DNA of 64,000 nucleotides, taken from contig CM068742.1 in NCBI GenBank assembly GCA_035084275.1, positions 83,700,001 to 83,764,000 on the forward strand, in the 5' to 3' direction. Below are positions 38,413 through 52,754 of the stretch, in pieces. The position numbers and the translations under genes were made by a program. This DNA comes from Hydrolagus colliei (lineage: Eukaryota). Numbering within the stretch: the stretch's first letter is position 1; each line of letters begins with the position of its first letter. A model generated the notes under the pieces. The model worked only from the letters and a program-made list of their open reading frames with translations. It ran no database searches and was not told the origin of the DNA.

Positions 38413-38586
38413 TGTCGGATTATGCTAATCACTATGCTCTTATATGTAGATGTAACAGTTATAGCACCCTCTCGTGGCCACTGTGGTAGCACATGGAATT
38501 GCATGGAATGTAGCCATCTTAATAAAAGTCGTCTTACATAAAAGTCAATCTCTCCATGGTCTCTCTTTTATATCTCAAATATAACA
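38413..38586 (+). mobile_element. 3' LTR of the Gypsy element
   Basis: Polypurine tract ggggagaga at 38404-38412, then TG...CA boundaries, with AATAAA at 38521. Confidence 0.8.
38462..38480 (-). promoter_or_regulatory. CTCF-like motif in the LTR
   Basis: Minus strand reads TGGCCACGAGAGGGTGCTA versus consensus TGGCCACCAGRGGGCGCTA. Confidence 0.6.
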
Positions 38587-39132
38587 CCCAACCTTTCTAA
38601 TGCCTCTGAGAGAAGGCTACCAAAATAAACCATCTAATGCTCTAAAGTTAAATTCAATAGTTCACAATATCTGTTCTAAAGATAGATGACTTCAGTTTCC
38701 TATAAGAACATTTTCCTCTAAATTGACACCACCTGGAAATCATATAATTTCTGCAGAGCAACATCAATTCAGGTAAATAAAAGAATGCATACCATGAAAA
38801 ACCAAGATTCAACAGAAACTCTACTGTTGACCATTAGGAAGAAGCATAAGATCTATGCTTTATATACATTTTGAAAAATGAAAATCTATACATGTTTCAT
38901 AAAAAAGATTAGGGTAATCCTGTCCTACTGTATTAAAAGTTGCAGTGTGCAAAACCCATGATAATTCAATCCATCAGATTTTGGCCAACAAAGAAAATAG
39001 AAATTAATTAAAATCTGAATGCTGCATCTTTTTCACTTCTATTCAATTATGTTCATAGAAATGCATTTCCAGGATTTTCATGAAAATGTTTAATTGTAAA
39101 TGATACAATATTTATATTTTATACATATAGTG

Positions 39133-39590
39133 CAGTAAAAGCCCATTTATCCAGCATCCTCGGGACCTGGCCAATGCCGGTTAAACAGCATGCCGGATAT
39201 TCGGTCGGATCCGACACCGAAAACCCAACACTAATTTTTTTAATTTATTTTAACACATACCATATTAATAATAGACTAAATAATAACAGATAATAACAGA
39301 CCTTTGTTATTCATCTAAAAATTCACCTAACAATCACCTTTGCTGGTAGATGCCTGGTTTGAAGCCATGATGCTGGGGTAGAGGTGTATAGTCTATCAAT
39401 AACTTCTGCAATGGCGAGGGAAAAAAATGGCAGCGCAATCTTTAAGGCTCTACTAGCGGCAAGCCGAAATACCTGCAGAGTACTCTCATGCGACAATCGA
39501 TTCAATAAATGCGCCACCGTGATTGTGCCGGATAACATCGGAATATGGAAGTTCCGGTTGATTGAGTCACGGATAAACAGGCTTTTACTG
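39133..39590. mobile_element. pogo/Tigger-like MITE (family A)
   Basis: cagtaaaagcccatttatcc ... ggataaacaggcttttactg|TA; minus-strand remnant MASNQASTSKG. Confidence 0.88.
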
Positions 39591-39898
39591 TATATTGTTT
39601 TCCCTTAAGAACTGCAAAAGATGAAACCCGGGACCAAACCTACTTTTTGTTTTCCTCTAACATCACAGGAAATATTGAGTTGAAGCCCAGTTCCTATGAG
39701 GCGATATGACCACAGTTTCACTGCATGTTTTTAATTTTGCAGCAGATATATGAAATTGGGCTCAAAGTATGTAGTATATTTACAATGTTCAATCAAAAAA
39801 CAACCAGTTATTAGAACAGAACCCTTATAAAAATATTTTTCTTACAGATAAACAAATTGTTAATTATTTTTCAACTTGCAGGTTATTAAATAAAAGTG

Positions 39899-40688
39899 CA
39901 GTAAAAGTCAATCCGTGACCCGATCAACTGTAACTTCCGTATAACCGGCACCTCAAAAAAAAAAGTCCCCATTTGATTAACCAGATCTTATCCAGCACAA
40001 TCGCTGTGGCGCATTTTTTCCCCCCCTCGTATCAGTATTTCGGAATGCTGCTAAAGGTGCCTAAAGGTGGAGTTGCCGTTTTTTCCCTCACAGAGTACTG
40101 TACGATTAACTCTGAATGCTGCCAGTAGTGCATTTCCAGATTTGAGAGAGAGGCAGGGAGAGAGAGGGTGGTGGGGGGGGGGAGGTGGGGGGGAGAGGGA
40201 AAGGGAGGGAGGGGAGAAAGAGAGAAAGAGGGTGGCGGGAGAATGAGGGAGGAGTGGGAAGGGGAGAGAAAGATGGGGGAGAAAGAGAGAGGGGGTGAGT
40301 TGATTAATTTAGATGGAAAATGAGAGTAGAGGTCGGTTAGGTTTGGAGCCATTGAGATGCCAGACTGACTGTGTGTGTGTGTGTGTGTGTGAAAGAGAGG
40401 GGGAAGGAGGGAGAGAAAGAAAGGAAAAAACGAGAGTACCCCTTTGATTGTGTGCTGTGTTTATAGACTGTGATGAATATTTATTGCTTTATTGGTAAGT
40501 ATACATACAATATTCTGTTATTATTTAGTCTATTATTAATATGGTAAGTTTAAAAAATTATAATTAATTTTTTTTAAGTTAATTTTTTTTCTGTTGGGTT
40601 TTAGGCAGCTTGCCGCCCGAATATCCGGCATGTGGTTTAACTGGCATTGGCCAGGTTCTGAGCATGCCGGATAAACGGGCTTTTACTG
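39899..40688. mobile_element. pogo/Tigger-like MITE (family A) with a purine-rich core
   Basis: cagtaaaagtcaatccgtgac ... ccggataaacgggcttttactg|TA; GA-rich and (TG)n interior at 40140-40430. Confidence 0.82.
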
Positions 40689-43054
40689 TATTTGATTTCA
40701 ATTTAAAACATGATAATCTTATATGTGAGATAAAGAACACAATTATCTTTGAACAAAAGGCACATCTATTTAAAAATGCAGTTAATTTAATTATTTTAAA
40801 AGGAAAGTTATTTTGATTAAAACAAGCAGGATTGTCAATGGTATGCAATAGGAAGAAATCACTGAAGACATTTTTAGGTGAGAATGAACATACTTGAATG
40901 CGAATGTAAATGAATAGTCTGAATGTGTTTTATACGTTTCAAATAGTAAATAGACCCTGAAATGTCTATTATATGGTGCTTTTTATTTATTAAAGATGCA
41001 ATGGAATTCAAGTTCTGTTTTCAAAATGCACAAGCTAACATGTGTGCACCTTATGAACAAAACTGACTTGATTAAATGGTGATCAATCTTTCTGATAGCT
41101 TTCTTTCTTGTAAACAATTATATAATCGTTTGCTGATAAATAACCCCGTATTCAAGCTAATTAAATTTTCTATTCTAGCTAAAGTTAATTTATCTCTCAT
41201 GCAGTAAGTAGCGCTGCCTTAGTCTGATCAAGTAGAAACATGTTGCTTAGAATCTTTTGATGAAATGCATAAAAATAATATAAATAAAACAAATGACATA
41301 AAAAAGGGCTGCAGCAACAATAACAATCTCATAATCTATGATAAAGTGATGCTTATGAAATCAGATCTTATAAACCCAAACCTACAATTATATTCAGTAT
41401 ATTATTGCCATTTTCATGCAAGAATTGTTTTATAATTGACACCGATCACATGTGTAGCCTGTTGTCCGTACCACATTTGATGCACGGAGACATCTGAACA
41501 GTTTACTTCATTCTGTTATGAGTTCAATGATGTAATGCAGAAACTGCAGACTGAAAATAATTTCCATTTTATTTGAAGACAGGATAGCTTACTAACCACA
41601 CGACTAATACATCCAGCAAGCAAAAGCAATACAAATAGTCAGACCACGAGACTGCAGGAAAATGCCAAAATTCCATGAGAATCAATTAAGCTTATACCGT
41701 AGTAGGTTATTCTGGCAACAGGCATCTCATCTCACACGTTGTTCCATTTTTATGTGGTTGGGATTTTTTTGCTAGTATTTCAATGGTAAGGAGTTTGATT
41801 TCTCTCATCCACAGTATTCAAGCTTCAGAAAAGGTTAAGTCGATTACAGTGCAAAGATGCTCAAAAAGGAGGAAGCAAAACATAAGCAATACAATAATAC
41901 AATTAGTCATAACAAAGCCGTTTTTCAGGTTTTGATTTTTTGGTACAATGAACAAGTGGAACTCTGAAGTTCCATTTATAATAGTAGATTCTGGGTTTGG
42001 GAAAAGACAACAAAAGTGAAGCTAATGAAGATTGGATTGTGATTTTCAAATACATATTGATTAATTAAATTGTTCTGATCTTGTATAGATTGCTGATGAA
42101 GCCACATTTCAAATATAATGTTGAATCACTCTACCTTCAAACAATGTGTTGGACAGACTTTAGAGAAAAAGAATAAAGATGGGATTTGGGATTCATTCTA
42201 AATTATGAGAATTGCAGAATGTCCTCATTACAGGAAAGAGAATTGAGGGAAATGCAATCTAGGTCTTTAAAATGCTGAGAGGCTTTCAGCAATCTGACTT
42301 CCCCTTGGAACTAATAAGAGGAGACAGACTTAGAATAAGTAAGCCTCAAAGGCAACAACAAATTACAATCACACCCCTCCCATAAACAGTAATGGATATG
42401 CATTACAGCCCCCACCCCCCACCAACACTACCTCACAAAAAATGATGGAAATCCTAACACCCTTCCTATCAATGCAGTGACGGATATGTGTAACATTCTC
42501 CCTTTCCCAACCCAACCTTATGGTTATGTAGCATAGAGCCTGCCCCAATCCCAGCCCACAGATAGTGATCAATATTGGAAAAGACTTGTAGGAAAAGCTG
42601 GTGATGGCTTTTCAATTAATTCTCAAAAAAAGAACTTGTATCTATTGCACACATTGCAAATACTCCACAGGTCAGAAATAATAACTTCTGTGTAACCAAT
42701 GAGGTCTGCGGAGAGTTAAATTCCAGGGTTGAGAAGAGTGGACCATTGTTATTAAATTTTACTTTACAACAACAAAAACAAAATTACATTTATAGAGCGC
42801 CTTTCACGTCGGGAGGACGTCCCAAGATGCTTCAGTTTCCTCTGAGTATTGGAAAATTTTCACCTTGAGATTAGAAGGATCAAGTAGAATTCAGAATTTA
42901 GTTTGAGCAAGAAAAGTTGAAATGGTAAGTAAAAGGGGGTAAATCTTGTGTGTGTGTTTGTATGTGTGCATGCATGGGACGTCCTCCCGATGTGAAAGGC
43001 GCTATATAAATGTAATTTTGTTTTTTTGTAAAATAAATAAACCTCTTGGGGTGA

Positions 43055-43190
43055 ATCATAGAATCATAGAATTTTACGGCACAAAAGGAGGCCATTCGGC
43101 CCATCTAGTCTGTGCCGGCTCTTTGAAAAGAGCGATTCAATCCCATTGCCCTGCCCGCTCCCCATAGCCTAATGACTTTCCCTTGTCCAA
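43055..43190 (-). mobile_element. CR1 3' terminus
   Basis: aatcatagaatcatagaa repeat followed by ggaggccattcggcccatc. Confidence 0.8.
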
Positions 43191-45842
43191 ATCTTTGTTG
43201 AATAATAAAGGAAACTATGAAGCAAACGTTTGTTTTGGAATAAAATAGGGTGTAGGAAACAGCAATTCAATGCAAGTAATTATTTTAATACTCAAAATAT
43301 TAAACATTTACTGTACAATCAAATATTTACTGTTGGTCTTATCTTCAAGGGGTTATCATGGCAAATATCAAGTAGTTGACAACCCAATATCATAATTGTA
43401 TCATAAAAAAATTGAAATGGAAAATGTAGTTGATCTAACCTGTAAATCTGACAGCAGTTTATTATTGATTGAACTTGCAAAGGTTGTAGCTCTTTAAGAC
43501 TACCAGATTTGGTTACCGACTGTTTGTGTTCCATTCATTCTTTACAAATTCAGAGATGAAACTGAAGACTTTTGATTACCTGAATCTGCAGCCACTTTAC
43601 TAATGCAGAACACAGAATCATAAACCATCAATGCAAAAATCACTAATCCAAAATTTCTATTTCAAGACACTGTACATTTCTACAATATTTTTTAAACAAT
43701 CAAAAATTCAATTGCTTTAATAAATTTGCTTTAACTAATGAAACACATTGTGACAATGAAGTTGATCCTTTTTTTCCCCCCACAAATGCTTAATAAACCA
43801 TATTTGCATTTGGTAAACTATGAGATACATGTGATGGCAATTAAAAGACTTTCATGCTTTTGTAATGCTAACCAGAAAAGATGAGATGCTTGCAAGGACT
43901 GAAGAATTAAAATCAGCATCACAGTAAAATTAAAATATTACAGTATTTTCATCTCAAAGTAAGCAGACTTTGAATACAGATGCATGTAAAACACACAATC
44001 AAATGCAAAGCAGAGATCGACTACAAACATTTTGCATGCTGTAAAATCTCAAATGTACTGTACTGTATCTTCAATCCCTAAGATTTAACACATTCTATTA
44101 CTGCTAAAAAAAACATTTGCACACAATGCAAAGACAGAACCTAACATTCTTATTTTGAGTCAAAGATAAGTATAGACAGGATGAAACATGTACCCTAAGA
44201 CACTAAATTCCTTCAATACAATTTCCATTAGATCAAGAGAAAATTAATCTGTTATTTTCTGACACGTACCCAAGACAAAACCAATGAAGATTTGATGTGC
44301 AACCATTTACATAATAAACGCAAAGTAAAATTAAATTACAGTCTTTGAAACACTAGCTGTGCAAATCTGTTTAAAGTAGTTAACTGACCTACTTGAAAAA
44401 ACACTCCACATAATGTAATAATATATTTTTACAAAAACAATGATTTGATAATTCATTATTTTAGGTTTATGACACGCACCAGAGATTTTAATATTTGTAT
44501 TAGATTTTTGATCTTTCAAATGAACAAATCCCTATATAGCTGCAGAACTTTAAAAATGCATACATCAATCACAGAGCCATATAATAAATTACTCAATTCC
44601 TCTCCCTCTCTCTCCTCCTGGATACAATCTATTTCTCTCTCAAGACCCCCTTCCACCCCACATGCTCCTGCAGACAATTCCTTTCCCTCCTGGATGCAAT
44701 TCCTCTCTCATCCTGGATACAATTCCACCCTTTCCTAGCTGAAAGCACAAATGTTACTGAGTATGGATCTTCTGTATATGCACAGATTGTCCTGCAGTAC
44801 CTCTCCCAAGAGTAATTGTATTTTGAGTCAAACGAGTATCTCTGCAAGCTATTCCAGTGTATATATGTGCGTCACACACACACACCAGTCTATTTGAAAT
44901 CTAGTTCTTTGAAGAATAGTGGATAATCTGCTTCTAATTTAGGCCTGAACTGAAGAATTTATTGCACAATCTCAATTAAAATTAAAAACAAAACAATATT
45001 ACAGATTAAGACTAGATGGATTTTGAACTCAGGAGTCGAAACCATAGTTGCTTCTTCCACCCCACTCTCATCTAGTGACATTTATCCCCATTATCTTTGC
45101 TTATTTGCCTCCTTATCCAAATTCACTGCCTAGTTTAAATTAATTGGTTACACATCTCGTAGGTTAGCTGCTGTGTTTTTTATAATTAATCTTATTTTGT
45201 AAAGCAGGTTGAGATATTTTATTATTATTTATTTCATGTGAAAAGTGTTACAGAGTTACAGAAGTACAAATTGTTATTGCAGTGGTACTGAGTGTAATTA
45301 AAACGCCAATAATGCTGTCCTGGCTAACTCAACATAAACCTAGAATGCACCTGAATCCTTATGAATTTGTATGTTCAGTTTAACACTAGATAGTGGTTTT
45401 AACTACTAAAATACTAGTGAAATCAATTACATATGCATTTGAAACATGCATCAACAGTCAACCTACCATACTGCAATGCAGAATAACTTTCAAACAATGT
45501 CTAAATTATATTCTCCAAATTCAATTTGTATGATTGCTAAAATAAGTGCCTGTGTCTTTATGCCAATCCCCTAAGAACATCAGTGTGAATCTTCCATTTT
45601 CTATACCAAGGCTTCCAATGAACCATTTATGAACAATTTGATGTCCACTGCATTAAATGAACTATATTCACTTCCATTTCATATGATCAGTTTGCTTTCC
45701 AGCTCAAATCTCAGCAGAGAGAAAAAAAACATTTTAATCTAAAATCATAAAAATCTCCTCCAGAACAATATTGCAAATATGACAACGAAGGCAATTTTGA
45801 ATTCAAGTTGATTTGTGCTGTGACAAACACTGCAGCCTGTGG

Positions 45843-46050
45843 TAATAATACAATAATCCTTGCATTTGATCTAGCACTTTTCACATCTTCTTGATGTCTC
45901 AAAGCGCTTCACAGAATATATGTAAAGTGAACTCAGTACATTTATGGGCAAAACATGGCAGCCAATTGTGCACAGCAGTGTTCCCCAAACAGTCGTGGAT
46001 TGAAGTGATTAATTTTTTTTTTTTTCTTCAGGGATTATTACCAGGCATGT
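45843..46050 (-). mobile_element. SINE 3' two-thirds
   Basis: Reverse complement of the 22199 family. Confidence 0.85.
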
Positions 46051-47322
46051 CTGCCTCTATTGAATCTAGGATACATTTAATGCCTCATACTGTCCAGAAT
46101 GTGAAGTTAATGCTTTGTAATAATGATTTAATATTACAAACAAACAAAATATTAAATGTAAGGCATTAGAGTAACACATTTTGGATAATATTATACATTT
46201 GATCTTCTTTCACTAGCTTACCAAATACAGTATATTTAATCAAAACGTTGTTTTAAATAGCTTCCAAAATGTATGACTTTCTTACCATGCCATAAAAAAG
46301 CAATTCAGTACTGTTTGCATAAGTCATCCAGCACTATGCAAATTTTTTTTTTTTTTAATTCCATAACTGACTGACAACAACCTGAAGAATAATTTCTAAG
46401 GATTTTCTTTTTTTTCCACAAAAAAAGGCACTTGGAATCAATTCTAAGATATCAATTCCATGTTCATTAACCATAAAACCTAACTCTCACAGTCCATGAC
46501 GTTATCCAAACCACTCAATTTGATTATAGCCCTCTAATTCTGTTTAGTGGTTGGTATCCATAATCCTTTAAAATACAATATTACAGGAATAGTTTTCTTG
46601 GATGTGATTCAACAATAACCTTCAAGTCCATTTCTTCAATCAGTATAATCAGGCAAATTATTGTCAATTAAGATCTAAAGTTCCCCTTGTGCTTGGGCAA
46701 TAAGAAGGTGAATGCAGACCTAGAATAACACTCAGTGCCCACAGAAAACAAGATAAATTTAAAAAATGTAAAATCATAGGGATAAGGAAGTCTGAGGGCA
46801 ACGCAGAGCACATAAACTTCCAATAAAAAAAACCCTGCTTTGGCACCTTTCACATCAAATGGCCATCTCAAAATGCTTCACGGGATTTCACTACAAATTG
46901 TAGTGTCTGTATTTTGCAAGCGAAAAAATGGCAACACAGTTTAAAGAAGACTGCTCGGTTTTCCTGTGAAAGAAAAATGCCTATTACTGCACTGAATAAG
47001 GTAAAGCAGGCAATGACAAATGTAATATGCTTCTGCTGACATTTATTCAGTCAAGTTGTGGGTTACCTATATAGGGACCTTGAGCATCAGTCTGTTAGAC
47101 GTGGAAGATTTTAATAAGTTTCACTCACAAAATACAGGTAAAACTACTTTACAGTATTCCCTGTGAAACACTTTGAGGTGTCTTGGCGACATGAAAGGCT
47201 CTGTATCCTATGCAAGGATTATTATTGCCATTATGTTGCTGAGTTCTAAAACAGCATGAATTCAGAATCATCGACAGATGTGAAGTGAGCTGCACGAGCA
47301 TCCCATATCCCTGAACAGATGA

Positions 47323-47385
47323 TGCCTATGAAGTAGTAAAAAATCTGCCCTGCCTATGAAGTAGTAAAAAATCTGCCCTGCCTAT
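47323..47385. repeat. Perfect 28-bp tandem duplication
   Basis: tgcctatgaagtagtaaaaaatctgccc twice, then tgcctat. Confidence 0.95.
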
Positions 47386-48756
47386 AGCCTATAGTTTGTT
47401 TTTCCTAATCCCTTTTATAGATTGTATGCCATGACTGTTTATGTTCAGCTAACATGACCTGCAGGGGTGAGTCACCATTCATGTGCATGTCATTTGCCTG
47501 CCTTCCAATATAATATAAAATTTTGAATTGAGTCCCTTAACTTCATGGGTAAAATTACTATTAGTCTAGCCCAGATGACAGGGAATTTGTAAAACCATAC
47601 ATTAATATGCCAGAAGGCATCACACAAATGCAGAGGAAGAGTTACAAAACACAGGAATAGTGCATAAACCTTTTTTATTTTCTGTTAGAATTCATGTATC
47701 AGGGATAGTCAGGAGTTGTTTACTGAACTTATACTTTCATAGGCACAAAACTGACCCCTCAAAGACTAGCATCTCTGAGTTTTGGTAAGAGAACAAAGAA
47801 ATACAAATTGTGGCTGCTATGAATCATAGAAATTTACGAAATAAATATGCCATTTGGCCAAGCTTGTCTCTGCTGGCTTTTTAGCTTTGCATTTTATTCC
47901 CGTATCTCTGCCCCATTCCCAGTACTTTTCAATATATATTTTTCAAATACTTGTCCAATTCCCTTTTAAAGGCAATTATGGATTCTGTATCAAACTCCAT
48001 TCTTGGTAGAACATTCCACATCCTAATAAGGGTGAAAACAGGGCTGATAATGATTTCAAATATATAGGAATACTTATGAAAGTGCTCATAGAATGCTAAT
48101 CCAGAAAGTTTTGGGGAGATGATTTTTTGTTTTCATCGGGGTTAAAACTATCAGTAACTAACAAATGGGATAGTTTTCTCCTTCAGGCACTCAATATCAG
48201 CATCAAGCACTCCCAGGACAGAACATACAGTCCAGTTACTCCACTCTCCCCACAATAATGTGCTATAAGACAACCTCAGAAAAGATATTGCTGTTGTGCC
48301 ACTGTGGATTTCTCTACTCCCCATTACACCCACTTGGTAGGCTCTTTGTGAAACCATCATTCCTGTGCTAATATGTGTTGAACTCTGAAACCTGCAAAGA
48401 AAAACTGTGTTGAGATTGCCATAATTCATCTCGCATGGGTCTTCAAAAAAACCTCCATTCTGTTGTTTAGAATTCAAATGCAGGATCTAAGGATGAAACT
48501 GCAGAATAACCTACTGTGTATCTAATCCCTGAAATGTTCAATCACTGATGCAGTAAAGCAATGCCTTGTGCATTTTTGCAAAATGGAAGCAATCACTTGC
48601 ACCAAATGTAATATTACATACAGAAACCTGGAAGGTAGCAAGAAACATAGGCACCCTTCTAGAGGACAATTACTCTCTTAAAGTGGAGGTTTTATTTTTC
48701 AAGTGAAATAAAGCAGATTTAAATTTGTGTTTTAATACCTCTTGAAACCTTTCAGA

Positions 48757-49180
48757 CAACAACAAAATTACATTTGTATAGCGCCTTACACATCAGGAGG
48801 ATGTCCCAAGGCACTGGACTGTTACTATTTCAGACCTGAGCTGCGGTCAGGATTGAGGAGGGCGGAGGGAAGGTGGCGGGGATCGCCTGATGGCATTGTT
48901 GAAGAGGAGGGTTTTGAGGCAGCAACTGTAACAACAAAATTACATTTGTATAGCACCTTTCACATCAGGAGGACATTCCAAGGCACTGGACAGTTACTGC
49001 TTCAGACCCGAGCTGAGGATGAGGGGGGGGGAGGGAAGTGGGGGGGATAAGGAGTTGCTGATGGTACCATCAAAGAGAGTCTTGAGGCGAGACTTGAAGG
49101 AGGCCAGGGAGGGGACGAGGCAGGACTTGAAGGATGCTAGGGGGCGAGGCGGAGAGATTGTGGGATAGAATTCCAGAAGT
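48757..49180 (-). mobile_element. Two tandem L2-type 3' ends
   Basis: acaacaaaattacatttgtatagc...acatcaggagga...caaggcactggac at ~48757 and ~48930. Confidence 0.8.
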
Positions 49181-50916
49181 TGAATGACAGAGAAGTAGTA
49201 AATATCCAGGATGTATATCAGTCATACTATGTTCATCTAACCTGAAAGAAAGGTAGCTGGAAATTGTAGTGAAAGGCGTACCATTCTCGTATCAAGAGCT
49301 AAGATTAGTCTGTCAAGGTTAGTCCAACAAATTCTATAAAAATGTGTTCCTGAACTGTACACAGTATCCCCTAACTAACCAGTAAATAGGACCCAAATAT
49401 TTTGTAACATTGGTTACGATCAAAATTAAAAATGCACACTTTTGATTCTCTGAAGATGAATTGCAGCTGGATGAGGTTCTAGTACTGGCTGACTCAAACG
49501 ATTGCAAAGATCATGAAGAAACCTTCATGTTAAGAAACATGTTCCAAATTTACTTAAACAAAACCAATCAAAGGGAGCAATGCCAATAATACAGGTACTG
49601 CTGCTTTTCATTATTGTTCAAAATAAACACCGACTGTTGAGTCAGAATCACCCAAGGTATCCATTCAATGCACATAGTGCATCCCTTTATGACAACGATA
49701 CATCCGCATTTCACTTCTCATTTATTGAGATCTTCCCCCATCAAACCTCAAGTTGACAAAGCTAAGCTGAAAATGCAAGCTTGTCTAAAAAGCTCAGGCA
49801 CACCCTAATGTGATTCATCATATACGTTATATTGGATCTTTGGGAGAATGAGATGTCTGATATCTGTGATTTTCTCCTCTGTAATCATTATAACCAAAGT
49901 CCATCCAAACTCAATACAAAGGAGAATTGTCAGTTAAAGGAGCATGTCAATTACCTTGTCTCCATCCTTGTCGAGATAAATTGTTCCAAACGGCTAGTAG
50001 TGTAACAACTACAATTTGATATATTTTCTCAATCACTCCAGTGTATGTAACCCCAAACTACTTGACTATTTTTTTTCTGTGATTTTTACTAAGCGTAATT
50101 CATGTGTTGAGCACAAAAAAATGCTTAATAGTGAGGTAGCAAAGTTAACTACCAAACCCACCCCTATAGTTAATCTTTCTGGTTAAGGCAATATTATTCT
50201 ATTTTCCCTGACTGGGTTTGCTGGGTAACTCACAACAGAAAGCTTTTCTCAACTTAAACTATTGAATGCCTGACACACATTGCCAGATGACAATTTTAAT
50301 ATGGTAAATGTATTTAGATGAGCACCCTTTTAAACTATTTGCTGTGACTAAGAGAGAAAAAACAATCACACTGTAGGTGTGAACATAGTTTTGTTTTGAT
50401 TATGATAAAAATGGAAACATAACATCTGAGGCAACCAAATACTCAAATATTTACATAAAACCTACAGTGCTGCTCAATGATCCCTGTTGCAAAAATAATT
50501 CCTTGCATACTTCAGAAAAGGATAGTGTTTCATCTAAAAATAAACTAAACTCCAAAAAAAAAACACTCCAGAAGCCTACAAGAGATCCTGGTTAGAAATC
50601 TGGGGATCAATTTGAATGACTAGATTTGGACAATCAGTTATGGAGTCAAAAATATGGCAAAGCTCAACCAGTTTTAAATTTTAAACCATATGCTATCAAT
50701 CAGAACAATACAAGTTACATTAAAACAATAATACAATGCCTTTAAGCATTATTGCAAAGAACTTTGCAGCTAGTCGTTTTGGGCAAGGAGAAACCCTTAA
50801 GCATATTGGTAGGTTTCTACACGTGTCGGACAGCTGAACAAGAAACCTCAGCACTCAAGCTGGGGACAAGTACTAAAGGGTGGGAAGGAGAAAGCATGGT
50901 GATGGATTTACTCGTG

Positions 50917-51150
50917 TGTCGAGACACTCGGATAACAAAATATAATCACAACAGATGATCTCTGAGCAGACAAGGTTTATTCACTCACAGATCTCCAAGA
51001 CAATCCTGGTCCTCTTTGCCGACTCATTCTGAGCTGCAGAGATGATGAGAAGCAGACTGAGTCTGAGACTTAGGAGTAAGATTTATAGGATGGATCATTT
51101 TCATGTGTAGGTGGGATGCAAGGAACTCATAATTTGATTTGGATATTTGG
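50917..51150 (-). mobile_element. Probable LTR fragment (U3 end, R, U5)
   Basis: Minus strand shows TATAAAT (~51085), then AATAAA (~50980), ending ...tctcgaCA. Confidence 0.4.
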
Positions 51151-51156
51151 ATATTG

Positions 51157-51400
51157 TGTTTCGAATCCAGGCAGGGCAAAACCTTGGGCAAGTTTCCTTA
51201 CTCAACATGCCTAATAATAATCCATTAAAAAAAAGCCTATAATACATTAGTCATTTCGAGACTCTGCTGTGCGCAATTGGCTGCCACATTTCGCCCATAA
51301 ATATACAGTCAATTCACTTTACAATATATTCTATCAAGTGCTTTGAAACATCTAGAAGATGTGAAAAGAGCTATATCAAATGCAAGGATTATTATTATTA
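51157..51400 (+). mobile_element. SINE, 5' truncated
   Basis: ttcgaatccaggcagggcaaaaccttgggcaagtttccttac...tail. Confidence 0.88.
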
Positions 51401-51864
51401 TATTCTTAAGTATGATGTTGGTTTTCAGCATGTGTCAGACACCCAGCTGACCAAAAAAAAGCACTTTGGGACATCCTCCTCATCTGAAAAGGTGATGTAC
51501 CAAATGCAAGGATTATTATTACTATCACATTTTGCAATTTTAAAGGAAAACGTCACCTTGGTTTGGAATTTGATTGATTAAAGAATGTAAGTAAGAACAT
51601 TCAGCAGCGAACACTGCATTTTGTCCGAATAAACCAGATTTTTACACGAATTAACAGACAAATTTAAAGTGGGTAAGAATTCAAATGAATCAGGTCTAGG
51701 CATTTTCTCCAATTTGAGATACACATTTTATACATTATATAAAAAATATACATTTGCATTATACTGTATATGCATTCTTATCTACACAACCACTGTGTAA
51801 AATGGTTTTAACACCCCTCCCCCACACCGACGCCTATTTTCCTATATGTCCCTCATTATTAGAA

Positions 51865-52265
51865 ACATAAAAACACCAAAATTACATTTATAGAGCGCCG
51901 TTCACATCGGGAGGACGCCCCAAGGCGCTGAGCATTCAGGTCGGGACCCAAGCAGGAGGGAAGATGTCGGGGTAGGGGGAAGGAGAGTACGAGAGGGGGG
52001 AGAATTAGGAGGGGAGCAGAAGGCACAGTTGAAGTGGAAAGTTGTTGAGACCGGCCATGAAGGAGGCGATGGGATTGTGAAGGAGGAGAAGGAGGAGAAG
52101 GGAAAGCCCGGTCACCGATGGTAGGGCGGTTTGGGCAGGGGTCATGGAGCAGGGCAGAGCCCGCTGAACGGAGGGGACGGGCAGGCTGATAGGGAGGCGG
52201 CAAGTTCGAGAGATGGGGCAAGGACATGGATGGCCTTGAAAGTGAGGACGAGGATCTTGAATTCA
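51865..52265 (-). mobile_element. L2 3' fragment
   Basis: PPYQPARPLRSA...TIGDRAF remnant plus tail. Confidence 0.85.
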
Positions 52266-52754
52266 AACCAGGAGTAGGCCTTTTAGCCCCTCAAACCTGT
52301 TCTGCCATTGTATAAGATCATGGCTGATCTGTAGCTCAACTCCAATTACTCAGCCTTGACCCATTGATCATCTAAAACAGAACAAAATGCTCCAAACAAT
52401 TTAAAATACAATATCTGAATTTTGTACAATGGTAAATAATATTTACTTCCTTATAACTTGTACACTAGTTTAACAGATGACAGATTTACAACATTTTCAC
52501 TATAAGAAATCAATCACATACAACTCAGCATATGTAAAATCACAACCTGAATGTTTGTAAAATTCCTGACCCAACTTAAAGCAACCGGTAGGAACTAAAA
52601 TGATTACCATTTCTGAAATGTATAATGTTAATTATTGTATATCAATTAAAACATTTCCACAAATGTAAGCAAACTCAAATACCATTGCAAACCTGTTGCC
52701 GCTTTATTGATTTCAAAGAGTACTGATTTTTCTAGTTACACCTTGCTGTAAATA

